Source of the DNA: Monocercomonoides exilis PA203
Taxonomy: Eukaryota; Protista; Preaxostyla
Length of the DNA stretch: 64,000 bases
Assembly (NCBI GenBank): GCA_001643675.2
Contig: LSRY02000057.1
Span: 186,001-250,000 of the forward strand
Reading direction: 5' to 3'
The position numbers were made by a program, and so were the translations under genes. Below, piece by piece: positions 13,401 through 27,300 of the stretch (position 1 is its first letter; the number at the start of each line of letters is the position of its first letter). The notes below the pieces were generated by a model. It made no database searches. It saw only the letters and a list, made by a program, of their open reading frames with translations, and was not told where the DNA came from.

Positions 13401-16400
13401 TGTTTGAGCACAACAAAGTGGACAGATGTGGGGTGCCGTCGGACAGCGGAAAGGGGGGAGGGGTGCATGTGGTGTTTGAAACAACAAAGATAGAGTATTC
13501 TATGAAGATGAACGAGTTCACAAACAATGTTGCAGAAAAGGGGGAGGATGTGTTTTTGGTGTGCGACTCGCCGTGGCTGGTGATTCTGCCAGCATTGTGG
13601 CATGGATCTGCAACGAACGAAACAGCGCAGAAGAAGATGTGGGTGGAGGAGCTGACTGAGGCGGGAAAGGAAGACTCGATCATTAATTACCTGTTTCCAT
13701 CGCTGAGTTCATACATGTTTGTGAGCGGTACAGGGAATGCCAGGGAGAATTGCGGGCTGAGAGAAAACCCGTGTGTGTCTGTGGATGTGGGGTTTGAGCG
13801 GCTGAAGGACGTTCATGTGATCATGGAGTTGGAGGGAGCAGCAAGTGTGGGGAGAGTAATCAACAGAGAGGGAAAGTCGCTGACAATACAAGGGAATGGA
13901 GAGAAACAGGATATGAGTGTGGAAGAGAGTGGGAAGTTTGAGCTTGTGAAGGGGGAAGCACTGACATACATGACATTCTCATTTCTTCAGTTTGTGCTCC
14001 CGGATGCCTATTCTGGAGCATCTGAAGAACAGTCAGTTGTGGAAGTCGGTGTCGGACAGTGCTCGTTTGCCGATTGTGTATTTGTGTGCACAGAAAGTGG
14101 GGCAAACAGCTGTGGGAGATGGATTGTGATTGGGAAAGGTGGGGTTGTTCGGATGGACAGGACAGAAATCAGTGGGGTTGAATTTGTTGGAGGAGGTGTT
14201 GTTGCATGCAGGGGTTGTGGTGTGACTTTTGAGAACAGCAGCATTAACAGTGTGGACACAGACGGAAAGGGGATGATTGATGGAAGAGCGGGATCTGATA
14301 TTGTGCTGAAAAACACAACTGCAAGGGGATGCAGGACGAATGCAGGTGCACTGATCACATCGAAAGAGGGATCGCGCCTGAGGATATGTGAGCACTGTGT
14401 TTTTGAAGAGATCAGAACACAGAGCAGCAGGGGTGGATGTGTGGAGAGCGAAATGGAGGGGGAGGAAGCATTTTCAGTGGAGCTATCATGGATGACGAAG
14501 TGTGAGACGGAGAAAGAAAGCGGGAGAGGAGGAGGGATATTCATGGGATTGGGGGATGGATGCGCTGAAAACTATCTGTTGTCTGGAACGAAGTTCAAAG
14601 GCAACGAGGCACATGAAGGGAATGATTTATTTATCATGTGCCAGGTGCTGAACGAGAGTGTGAGTGCTGCTCGACTGGCCTTTGAGTGTGATGGGGATGA
14701 TGAGGTTGGAGTTGACATGAAGGGGGTGGATAGAGAGTATTTTGGAGAGTGTGTGGATCTTCGGCTGTTTGTTGTTGAAAGAAAGGCGGGGGAAGTGCAT
14801 GTGTCTGCAGAAGGATATGATACAGCAGGGTGCGGAAGCGAGGCATATCCGTGCAGTACAATTTGGAGCGGGATAGGGCATGTTGATGGAAGCGGGATTG
14901 CGGGAGAGGGAAGATTGTGGGTGAAGGACAAAGGAGAAATCATGGATTTCTTCGCATTTTCAAGTGCACTGAGAATTGAAGGGCTGGGGAAGGAAGGAGA
15001 TGAAATACAGCAAAAAGTCATCAGATTTGCTGAAACTATCAGAGGAAGTGTAGATATGTCTGTTCTGACATCGGATTCATCTCTGATGCTCCAATCATTG
15101 AGGATGGAAACGCCATCGGCGTTTGAGCCAAGCGTGAAATCAGTTGTGGCATCGAGTGGGATTCTTCAATTGAATAACTGCACATTTGCTATGGAGTCTG
15201 GGGCTGTTGTTGAGTTTTCGCTAATTGTCACAACAAATGGGACATGCTCGATGAGAGGGTGCACCCTGCAAGACTGCATGTTTGGCGTGACTCCATTTTT
15301 GATATCATCTTCTGTGCTGCTTGAAAGCAACAACTTCTTACATATCAAGAACACAGCAGGTGCAGAAGGAGGTGTTGCAAAAGTGGAGCTGAGTGAAAGA
15401 GATGAGTTTGTGATCAGATCAACAAATGCGTCATTCTGCTCAATAGATGCGGAGAGAGGGAAAGGAGGGTTCCTGTACGTCAATAGCCAAAAGTGCACGA
15501 GCGAGAATGGACTTGTCTTTGAAAGTGATGTTGTGTTTGGAGGCAATGTGGCCTGGATGGGGAAGAATGCATTTATCTTGGCAGCAGATCTGAACAGCAC
15601 AGTGAGAGGAGAAACATTCAGGTTTGATTACTCGACAATGAAAGATGATAGCACGCTGTTTGTGGGGAGCGATGGAGTCCACACAAATATCGATCTGTTT
15701 GTATTTCTTGTTCCGTACACTTCGAGTGAGGTTTATGTGTCCAGCGAAGGGTTTGATGTCACTCGGTGCGGGAGCAAGAAAGAGCCATGCAGAACACTGT
15801 GGAAAGGCATCAGACAGGTGAAGGAAAGCGAGGGAGCGAAGGCGTTGAGAATATCAGGGTCGACGCCGATACGAGACGCCTTCGACGGATCCAGATATGA
15901 GATCGAAAATGCAGAAGCTGGGGGAGAGGCAAGCGGCAAGGCGGTTTTGCGCTTGGAGAAGGCATATGAAGGGCCACTGGAGTATTTCATCTGCAACAGT
16001 GTATCGCTCTCATTGAGGGAGATCAAGGTGCTGATGACAGCAGGGTTTGAGAGCACAGCAAAGGCAGTTATTTCTAACAAGGGTGGGGAGCTATGGATTA
16101 AAGAATGCGCGTTTCACTCAGAAGCACAGTTGAACAACGGGTTTGAGTGTGTGTTTGTTGATGTCAATGCTGGGGTGCTTGGTGTGGATGGCTTGTCGAT
16201 GGACTCGAGCTGTACGGGCCAAAGTGTTTTGCGGGTTGAGGAGGTGGGTGTTGAGTGCAACTTATCGAACATGCACATCTCATCGCTGAACGAAACAGGA
16301 GGATGTGTGATATCTGTGGGGGAATGTTGTGCCCAGCACAGCACAAACGATGGGAAGGCAGCAAACAGCATGGACATGGAGAACTGATCGTTTGAGGGGG

Positions 16401-19400
16401 ATGAAAAGAAGCGACAATGAAGCGAGTGTGCTTGTGTCGAAAAGCGAGAAGGGGATCACAGTGAGGATTAGAGACTGCTTGTTTGTGGATGACAAAGCAG
16501 AGACAAGCGACAAGGGAGGGGGATACTGTTTGGACTGCACAAAGCAGGAAGGTTTAGCGTGGTGAAGACAACGATGAGTCGGTGCAGCTGCGAGAGCAAC
16601 AGCGGGAAAGGCGGAGGGGTGTATCTGGAGAGCAAAGAAAGAGGGTGCTGAGCTTTGTGTTTGAGAAGGTGAGCTTCAGCGCAAACACAGCAGGGGTGGG
16701 GAACGACATATTTGTCGAGTGCTACAACATCTCGTGCCAGATCAACGAGACTCAGTTCCGCTTCGATCTTCGGGAAGAGAGCTATGCTCGGTTGAATGCG
16801 ATATATGGGTTGGATGCCACAGAACACACAGGAAGCACGAATCTGATTGACTTTATCACAATCCACCAGAGCGACACAATCATCGTGTCAGGCAATGGTG
16901 GAGTGGATGAACGGCAGTGTGGCACGCGCTCTCTGCCGTGCCAGTCCATTGACTATGGACTTGCACATCTGACTGCGGACTTCATCAGCCAGATGTTTGT
17001 TGATGGGGAGAGTGCGATCAAGGGGGAAGTGGAACTGGACGAGATGAGCCTGAGCTCAAGAAGCCGCGATCTGTGCAATGTTGAAGTGGAGTCGAGGATC
17101 GAATGCACAAGGTCGAGTGTAATATCGACATCCAACACAGCGACTATTACGAGAGTGAGGTTTGTATTTGATGTGGAATTTGCATCTTCTCACGTTGCAC
17201 TGGTCGAGCCAGACAGCGGATTGGTGGAAATGGTCAACTGCTCGTTCAGCTCAAAACACACAGAACCTGCTGAAACTCGTCTGCAAGCACAAATACCGTT
17301 TCACATCATTCGGATTGCCTCGGGGAGATGTGTTCTAGATGGATGCTGTGTGGCAGACGTTGCACTTTCTGTGGCTGCAATACATGCTGCTTCACCTATC
17401 CAATTTGTTGTTTCTTCTTGTGTGTTCTGCAACTTGGCAACCAGCGATCCGCTCATTGATGTCACAGGAAGTGGAGAAATCTCTGCGAGCCATCTGGAAT
17501 TGGCGAATGTCACCATCTCAAAAAGAGGACTTTCTTTGCTGTCGTGCTCAGGTGTGAGACGCCCAATGATACTTAACAATTGCTCGATCAAAAATTCAGC
17601 ACAAGATAATTCAAGAGGGATGCTCATCACATTGGGCAACTGTTCAGACTCAGTGATAGACAGTTGCCTCTTGGATGGGAATTCAAGCGAATGCGATACA
17701 AAAGAAGCACAAAGAAGGTTATCCAACAAAGTGTTTAATGAAGCGGAAAATGAAATATGCAGATGGAATGGTTCAGTTGTTGACTTCTCGAAGAGTTCCG
17801 TGATGATGAAAGACACAACAGTCTGCAACTCTTCAAAGGGAGGGATGACTGTGAGCGGAGGAAATGTGATGATTGAAAAGGGGAGTTTGTAAATAACAAC
17901 CCTTCAATTGCAAATTACATATCATTGAAAAGAAACATTATCTGTTCAGATTCTGGAACATTGAATGTGATGAGTCTGAAAGGAGGAGATGGATGGGAAA
18001 GAAACACATCTCTTTGGATGTTGAATGATGGATGCAGCTTTGAAGGGATTGTTTCTGAAAGAGCATCACCATTCTTCCTCCCAGTGTTAGAGAGTGTCGA
18101 AGAAAATGAGAAAGGAGAAGAAGTGGAGGTTGTGTTCAAAGGAAAGCTGCTGCTGCCTTGCAACTTGTCATTCATGATTGTGAAGCAGAAAGGAGAAGAA
18201 AAGCAGATAGAGAAATACGAGTTTGATGAGAGTGGATATGTGTTGGAGACAGAAGTTGAAGGAAGATTGGCAAAAGAAGCAATAAGCGAGGTTGGAGATG
18301 ATGCAGAGGTGAGAGTGCTCATTCTGTTTGGGGACGGAAATAATCCATCATCCACTGATTCTTTCATTCTGAAGAACAAAAGTGAGCCCAAAGCTAATGG
18401 AGATGAAAGGATTGTTGAAGGAGGGAAAGAAGGAAAATCATCATGGGCAGTGATAATTGCTGTGATATTTGTTGTTCTGTTTTTGATTGTTCTTGTTGTG
18501 TCAGTTGTTCTGGCTGTTCGGTGGAGGAAGGTAAAGAATGAGGCAGAAGATCTGAGAGAAATTGTGAATGATAATATCAAGAAGGACCCCAAAGCATTTG
18601 AGATGGTGACGATGGAGATGTCACCTGAAGAGCAGTGGAGAAGAGCAGAGAAAGAGGCAGAGAAAAGAATGAAGAAAGGATCAAGAAGAGAATATATGAT
18701 ACGAACATGCAACACTCAGAGTCATCGGAGCATCTTCTCTCTGAGAGTGGATCGACCGAATACATATTGGGAAAAGACTCAGACAAGATTCCTGAATGGG
18801 CATTGGAGAAGGTTGAGGAAGAAGAGATAAGAAAGAGAACACCATCACCGTCAATTTCTTCCACTTGTTCAACTGATTCAGATTCGACATTTGTTCGAGG
18901 GGAGGATTTGTGCCCAACAACCTCGTCGATGTCGAACTTGGTGGATGCAATGGCCTGTTCATCACCTCATGAGAAATTGATAGTGGATCTGAGGGATTCA
19001 TTATTCATGCTGCTGCATGGAAGGAATAAAACAAAGGAGATGGCAATTGGCACTTTACAGGAGAGAGAAATGACAGCAGCTCAAATCCTGTTCTGGGTGG
19101 CGAATGGAGCGCTCCATTCATTTGATGAAATGGAAAACAAGCTTCAATCCCTTGTCAATTTGAGTCCGTACATTGTGTTGTTCTCAGAGCATATGGTGAT
19201 CTGCATTGTGATGCACTCAGATTGTTCATCAGACTCAGATACTTCATCCTCCATCTCTTCATCAACAGTCGTGACATCAGCAAGTGATGATGAAAGCGAC
19301 TCTTTGCCCTCATCTGCCTTTGAGGATGATGAAGACATCAGAAAGGAGTGTTTGAGGTGGAAGGCACCGGAGCTGCTGAATGGGACAAAGAAACATGCGA

Positions 19401-19795
19401 CGAAGAAGACTGTTGTGTTCTCGATAGGGATGATGCTGTGGGAGTGTTTGACGCTGCAGATTCCGTTTGGGGAGTATGAGGCTGAGACGGCTGGAGAGAA
19501 GATAAAGAATGGAGAGAGGCCAGGAATGGAGAGCATACGTGGATCAGAGATGCGTGAAGCGGTGGAAAACGGGTTGGATGGAGATCCAGAAAGGAGAGCA
19601 TCATTGATGCAGGTGAAGCGGTATCTGGTTGGGCGCTTGCCGTCGGGGTACACGATGGCGACAGTGTCAGATGCAATTGCATATTGTGAAGGGTCGGAGG
19701 AATGCGGGTCAGAATACATTGAGCGGAGCGGGGTTATTGTGAAGCTGCATTCTGGATCTGAAAGCGAAATACAAACAAGAGAAAGCAGTGGATGA
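7455..19795 (+). CDS. Giant receptor-like surface protein, copy A (Cys-rich beta-helix/Pmp-like repeats, single TM, TK-like pseudokinase C-lobe); interrupted in this assembly
   Basis: ORFs 7413-9218, 9074-9751, 9773-16387, 16582-17892, 17925-18830 and 18635-19795 join into one frame if single-base homopolymer indels are corrected against copy B. The first ATG is at 7455. TM SSWAVIIAVIFVVLFLIVLVVSVVLAVRW; kinase motifs RWKAPE and VFSIGMMLWECLT. Internal TGA at 16385-16387. Confidence 0.8.
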
Positions 19796-21239
19796 AGCAG
19801 AATGGAGAGTTGGGGGCAGCCACAGATGAATCACTTGAAAAGGGAAAAAGAAGATAAACGCTGGGATATTTCTCAGAATAAAGAATGATTGGAGATTAAC
19901 AAAAAATTAAATGGTGCACTATTCTTAATTTCGTTGGATTTATCCAAACAAAAAGCGGAAGGCGAAGGCATTTGCAAAAGGCACCATTTAATTTTTATTT
20001 ATTTATTTATTATTCAAACGCACTTTTTTGTTTTGTTGAGCAAATTACAGATAAACTTTTTGTTGAAGGAAAGTTTGTGTGTGTGCCAAGACATTTTCCA
20101 AAACTTCTCGCAGGTGTTTTCTGGCATTCGTATCAAAGCAGCAGCAGATATGTGCGATTATTTTAATCACTGAATTACTTTTTTCTCGCTAATATTGTCT
20201 AATTGCATCCTTCTAGCACATAATTTGGATAATTCAATATGCTGTGTGTGCTTATATTTAAATAATAATCTTTTGTGTTTCTCAAAAAGATTTGATTGAA
20301 GCTTGTTATTTCGAATTTAAAGCTATCATAACACCATTTCCAATAAGACTTTTTTTATTCCTTTTGAAAATAATTATTCTCTCATATATCTGCTTTTTGT
20401 GTCGTTGCCAAAGTTTAGTCTGAAAAATGAAATCTCAATAATTATATGCAATAGTTTCTGCTTTAACTCCTATTTTCTCTCTTGAGAATTGCAGATTTTT
20501 CGTTTTTCAAGTATGCCCAAAAGTTATTCAAAATCAAAAAAAACTTTCAAACAAATTCGAAATATTTGACAATAATCAAAAATAGCAATTAACGTTTATT
20601 AAATAGAGATTAGAACATTTTGTTCTTGTGATTTAAAAAAATATTATTAATTCATTATTTATTAACCACATAAAAAATAATTCCAAATGGGAATATTTGC
20701 ATTCAAAATAGGGCTCACTTTTTTATGGAGCATTTCCTTTATTAACATCATTTGTTTGTTTTTTGTCTGTTAATTACAGAAAAGAATATAATGGCTTTCA
20801 GCATATATATAAACATTTCAGATATATCTTCCACAGTTTATCAACAATTTGTTTTGGTAAAGGGTCACTTATTGACTCCTTCTTATTTTGCACCGATAAC
20901 TTTAATAGTTTTTATTATTTGTAATTTCATATTGATTTTTGAATTTGGGGTTGTGCGAATATATGGGTGATTGCTTTTGAAATCACATATTTTCAATCAA
21001 AATTTTTGATTTGAAGAATTTTTGAATATCAATGAACGAACAATGAAAAGTGATTACACCTTTTTGTGATAATTTTATCATGAATAAATCATCGTCAATG
21101 ATTTTTGAAACAATTATTATTCATTCAACATTCGAATAGTTAAGTTCTTGTTAAAGACGTAATACATTTATTAAAACAGAAAGTGGTGAATCAAATTTTT
21201 TTCTTGTTTGAGTGACACTCCAATCAATGAGCCAGCCAC
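7512..21239. repeat. Left arm (13,728 bp) of giant inverted duplication
   Basis: Reverse complement of 21354-35086, with the ORF track mirrored throughout (coordinate sums 42593-42598). Confidence 0.97.
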
Positions 21240-21353
21240 CCGTTTGTGCGTTTAAGTGAATTGCATAAATTTCGTTTTGGGCTTATAAAACCAAAAAGAG
21301 CAATGAGAAGGAACAACAAAAATAAAACAATTTTGAAAACAGAACTACTAAGT

Positions 21354-24300
21354 GTGGCTGGCTCATTGATTGGAGTGTCACTCAAACAAGAAAAAAATTT
21401 GATTCACCACTTTCTGTTTTAATAAATGTATTACGTCTTTAACAAGAACTTAACTATTCGAATGTTGAATGAATAATAATTGTTTCAAAAATCATTGACG
21501 ATGATTTATTCATGATAAAATTATCACAAAAAGGTGTAATCACTTTTCATTGTTCGTTCATTGATATTCAAAAATTCTTCAAATCAAAAATTTTGATTGA
21601 AAATATGTGATTTCAAAAGCAATCACCCATATATTCGCACAACCCCAAATTCAAAAATCAATATGAAATTACAAATAATAAAAACTATTAAAGTTATCGG
21701 TGCAAAATAAGAAGGAGTCAATAAGTGACCCTTTACCAAAACAAATTGTTGATAAACTGTGGAAGATATATCTGAAATGTTTATATATATGCTGAAAGCC
21801 ATTATATTCTTTTCTGTAATTAACAGACAAAAAACAAACAAATGATGTTAATAAAGGAAATGCTCCATAAAAAAGTGAGCCCTATTTTGAATGCAAATAT
21901 TCCCATTTGGAATTATTTTTTATGTGGTTAATAAATAATGAATTAATAATATTTTTTTAAATCACAAGAACAAAATGTTCTAATCTCTATTTAATAAACG
22001 TTAATTGCTATTTTTGATTATTGTCAAATATTTCGAATTTGTTTGAAAGTTTTTTTTGATTTTGAATAACTTTTGGGCATACTTGAAAAACGAAAAATCT
22101 GCAATTCTCAAGAGAGAAAATAGGAGTTAAAGCAGAAACTATTGCATATAATTATTGAGATTTCATTTTTCAGACTAAACTTTGGCAACGACACAAAAAG
22201 CAGATATATGAGAGAATAATTATTTTCAAAAGGAATAAAAAAAGTCTTATTGGAAATGGTGTTATGATAGCTTTAAATTCGAAATAACAAGCTTCAATCA
22301 AATCTTTTTGAGAAACACAAAAGATTATTATTTAAATATAAGCACACACAGCATATTGAATTATCCAAATTATGTGCTAGAAGGATGCAATTAGACAATA
22401 TTAGCGAGAAAAAAGTAATTCAGTGATTAAAATAATCGCACATATCTGCTGCTGCTTTGATACGAATGCCAGAAAACACCTGCGAGAAGTTTTGGAAAAT
22501 GTCTTGGCACACACACAAACTTTCCTTCAACAAAAAGTTTATCTGTAATTTGCTCAACAAAACAAAAAAGTGCGTTTGAATAATAAATAAATAAATAAAA
22601 ATTAAATGGTGCCTTTTGCAAATGCCTTCGCCTTCCGCTTTTTGTTTGGATAAATCCAACGAAATTAAGAATAGTGCACCATTTAATTTTTGTTAATCTC
22701 CAATCATTCTTTATTCTGAGAAATATCCCAGCGTTTATCTTCTTTTTCCCTTTTCAAGTGATTCATCTGTGGCTGCCCCCAACTCTCCATTCTGCTTCAT
22801 CCACTGCTTTCTCTTGTTTGTATTTCGCTTTTCAGATCCAGAATGCAGCTTCACAATAACCCCGCTCCGCTCAATGTATTCTGACCCGCATTCCTCCGAC
22901 CCTTCACAATATGCAATTGCATCTGACACTGTCGCCATCGTGTACCCCGACGGCAAGCGCCCAACCAGATACCGCTTCACCTGCATCAATGATGCTCTCC
23001 TTTCTGGATCTCCATCCAACCCGTTTTCCACCGCTTCACGCATCTCTGATCCACGTATGCTCTCCATTCCTGGCCTCTCTCCATTCTTTATCTTCTCTCC
23101 AGCTGTCTCAGCCTCATACTCCCCAAACGGAATCTGCAGCGTCAAACACTCCCACAGCATCATCCCTATCGAGAACACAACAGTCTTCTTCGTCGCATGT
23201 TTCTTTGTCCCATTCAGCAGCTCCGGTGCCTTCCACCTCAAACACTCCTTTCTGATGTCTTCATCATCCTCAAAGGCAGATGAGGGCAAAGAGTCGCTTT
23301 CATCATCACTTGCTGATGTCACGACTGTTGATGAAGAGATGGAGGATGAAGTATCTGAGTCTGATGAACAATCTGAGTGCATCACAATGCAGATCACCAT
23401 ATGCTCTGAGAACAACACAATGTACGGACTCAAATTGACAAGGGATTGAAGCTTGTTTTCCATTTCATCAAATGAATGGAGCGCTCCATTCGCCACCCAG
23501 AACAGGATTTGAGCTGCTGTCATTTCTCTCTCCTGTAAAGTGCCAATTGCCATCTCCTTTGTTTTATTCCTTCCATGCAGCAGCATGAATAATGAATCCC
23601 TCAGATCCACTATCAATTTCTCATGAGGTGATGAACAGGCCATTGCATCCACCAAGTTCGACATCGACGAGGTTGTTGGGCACAAATCCTCCCCTCGAAC
23701 AAATGTCGAATCTGAATCAGTTGAACAAGTGGAAGAAATTGACGGTGATGGTGTTCTCTTTCTTATCTCTTCTTCCTCAACCTTCTCCAATGCCCATTCA
23801 GGAATCTTGTCTGAGTCTTTTCCCAATATGTATTCGGTCGATCCACTCTCAGAGAGAAGATGCTCCGATGACTCTGAGTGTTGCATGTTCGTATCATATA
23901 TTCTCTTCTTGATCCTTTCTTCATTCTTTTTCTCTGCCTCTTTCTCTGCTCTTCTCCACTGCTCTTCAGGTGACATCTCCATCGTCACCATCTCAAATGC
24001 TTTGGGGTCCTTCTTGATATTATCATTCACAATTTCTCTCAGATCTTCTGCCTCATTCTTTACCTTCCTCCACCGAACAGCCAGAACAACTGACACAACA
24101 AGAACAATCAAAAACAGAACAACAAATATCACAGCAATTATCACTGCCCATGATGATTTTCCTTCTTTCCCTCCTTCAACAATCCTTTCATCTCCATTAG
24201 CTTTGGGCTCACTTTTGTTCTTCAGAATGAAAGAATCAGTGGATGATGGATTATTTCCGTCCCCAAACAGAATGAGCACTCTCACCTCTGCATCATCTCC

Positions 24301-27300
24301 AACCTCGCTTATTGCTTCTTTTGCCAATCTTCCTTCAACTTCTGTCTCCAACACATATCCACTCTCATCAAACTCGTATTTCTCTATCTGCTTTTCTTCT
24401 CCTTTCTGCTTCACAATCATGAATGACAAGTTGCAAGGCAGCAGCAGCTTTCCTTTGAACACAACCTCCACTTCTTCTCCTTTCTCATTTTCTTCGACAC
24501 TCTCTAACACTGGGAGGAAGAATGGTGATGCTCTTTCAGAAACAATCCCTTCAAAGCTGCATCCATCATTCAACATCCAAAGAGATGTGTTTCTTTCCCA
24601 TCCATCTCCTCCTTTCAGACTCATCACATTCAATGTTCCAGAATCTGAACAGATAATGTTTCTTTTCAATGATATGTAATTTGCAATTGAAGGGTTGTTA
24701 TTTACAAACTCCCCCTTTTCAATCATCACATTTCCTCCGCTCACAGTCATCCCTCCCTTTGAAGAGTTGCAGACTGTTGTGTCTTTCATCATCACGGAAC
24801 TCTTCGAGAAGTCAACAACTGAACCATTCCATCTGCATATTTCATTTTCCGCTTCATTAAACACTTTGTTGGATAACCTTCTTTGTGCTTCTTTTGTATC
24901 GCATTCGCTTGAATTCCCATCCAAGAGGCAACTGTCTATCACTGAGTCTGAACAGTTGCCCAATGTGATGAGCATCCCTCTTGAATTATCTTGTGCTGAA
25001 TTTTTGATCGAGCAATTGTTAAGTATCATTGGGCGTCTCACACCTGAGCACGACAGCAAAGAAAGTCCTCTTTTTGAGATGGTGACATTCGCCAATTCCA
25101 GATGGCTCGCAGAGATTTCTCCACTTCCTGTGACATCAATGAGCGGATCGCTGGTTGCCAAGTTGCAGAACACACAAGAAGAAACAACAAATTGGATAGG
25201 TGAAGCAGCATGTATTGCAGCCACAGAAAGTGCAACGTCTGCCACACAGCATCCATCTAGAACACATCTCCCCGAGGCAATCCGAATGATGTGAAACGGT
25301 ATTTGTGCTTGCAGACGAGTTTCAGCAGGTTCTGTGTGTTTTGAGCTGAACGAGCAGTTGACCATTTCCACCAATCCGCTGTCTGGCTCGACCAGTGCAA
25401 CGTGAGAAGATGCAAATTCCACATCAAATACAAACCTCACTCTCGTAATAGTCGCTGTGTTGGATGTCGATATTACACTCGACCTTGTGCATTCGATCCT
25501 CGACTCCACTTCAACATTGCACAGATCGCGGCTTCTTGAGCTCAGGCTCATCTCGTCCAGTTCCACTTCCCCCTTGATCGCACTCTCCCCATCAACAAAC
25601 ATCTGGCTGATGAAGTCCGCAGTCAGATGTGCAAGTCCATAGTCAATGGACTGGCACGGCAGAGAGCGCGTGCCACACTGCCGTTCATCCACTCCACCAT
25701 TGCCTGACACGATGATTGTGTCGCTCTGGTGGATTGTGATAAAGTCAATCAGATTCGTGCTTCCTGTGTGTTCTGTGGCATCCAACCCATATATCGCATT
25801 CAACCGAGCATAGCTCTCTTCCCGAAGATCGAAGCGGAACTGAGTCTCGTTGATCTGGCACGAGATGTTGTAGCACTCGACAAATATGTCGTTCCCCACC
25901 CCTGCTGTGTTTGCGCTGAAGCTCACCTTCTCAAACACAAAGCTCAGCACCCCTCTTTCTTTGCTCTCCAGATACACCCCTCCGCCTTTCCCGCTGTTGC
26001 TCTCGCAGCTGCACCGACTCATCGTTGTCTTCACCACGCTAAACCTTCCTGCTTTGTGCAGTCCAAACAGTATCCCCCCTCCCTTGTCGCTTGTCTCTGC
26101 TTTGTCATCCACAAACAAGCAGTCTCTAATCCTCACTGTGATCCCCTTCTCGCTTTTCGACACAAGCACACTCGCTTCATTGTCGCTTCTTTTCATCCCC
26201 TCAAACGATCAGTTCTCCATGTCCATGCTGTTTGCTGCCTTCCCATCGTTTGTGCTGTGCTGGGCACAACATTCCCCCACAGATATCACACATCCTCCTG
26301 TTTCGTTCAGCGATGAGATGTGCATGTTCGATAAGTTGCACTCAACACCCACCTCCTCAACCCGCAAAACACTTTGGCCCGTACAGCTCGAGTCCATCGA
26401 CAAGCCATCCACACCAAGCACCCCAGCATTGACATCAACAAACACACACTCAAACCCGTTGTTCAACTGTGCTTCTGAGTGAAACGCGCATTCTTTAATC
26501 CATAGCTCCCCACCCTTGTTAGAAATAACTGCCTTTGCTGTGCTCTCAAACCCTGCTGTCATCAGCACCTTGATCTCCCTCAATGAGAGCGATACACTGT
26601 TGCAGATGAAATACTCCAGTGGCCCTTCATATGCCTTCTCCAAGCGCAAAACCGCCTTGCCGCTTGCCTCTCCCCCAGCTTCTGCATTTTCGATCTCATA
26701 TCTGGATCCGTCGAAGGCGTCTCGTATCGGCGTCGACCCTGATATTCTCAACGCCTTCGCTCCCTCGCTTTCCTTCACCTGTCTGATGCCTTTCCACAGT
26801 GTTCTGCATGGCTCTTTCTTGCTCCCGCACCGAGTGACATCAAACCCTTCGCTGGACACATAAACCTCACTCGAAGTGTACGGAACAAGAAATACAAACA
26901 GATCGATATTTGTGTGGACTCCATCGCTCCCCACAAACAGCGTGCTATCATCTTTCATTGTCGAGTAATCAAACCTGAATGTTTCTCCTCTCACTGTGCT
27001 GTTCAGATCTGCTGCCAAGATAAATGCATTCTTCCCCATCCAGGCCACATTGCCTCCAAACACAACATCACTTTCAAAGACAAGTCCATTCTCGCTCGTG
27101 CACTTTTGGCTATTGACGTACAGGAACCCTCCTTTCCCTCTCTCCGCATCTATTGAGCAGAATGACGCATTTGTTGATCTGATCACAAACTCATCTCTTT
27201 CACTCAGCTCCACTTTTGCAACACCTCCTTCTGCACCTGCTGTGTTCTTGATATGTAAGAAGTTGTTGCTTTCAAGCAGCACAGAAGATGATATCAAAAA

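Noticed and set aside
9190-19900. Programmed frameshifting or phase variation at G/A runs in the receptor genes
   Set aside because: All 11 indels are +/-1 in short homopolymers, mostly in one arm, and also occur in non-coding DNA. This is the signature of uncorrected sequencing error in a repeat, and raw reads would be needed to claim otherwise.
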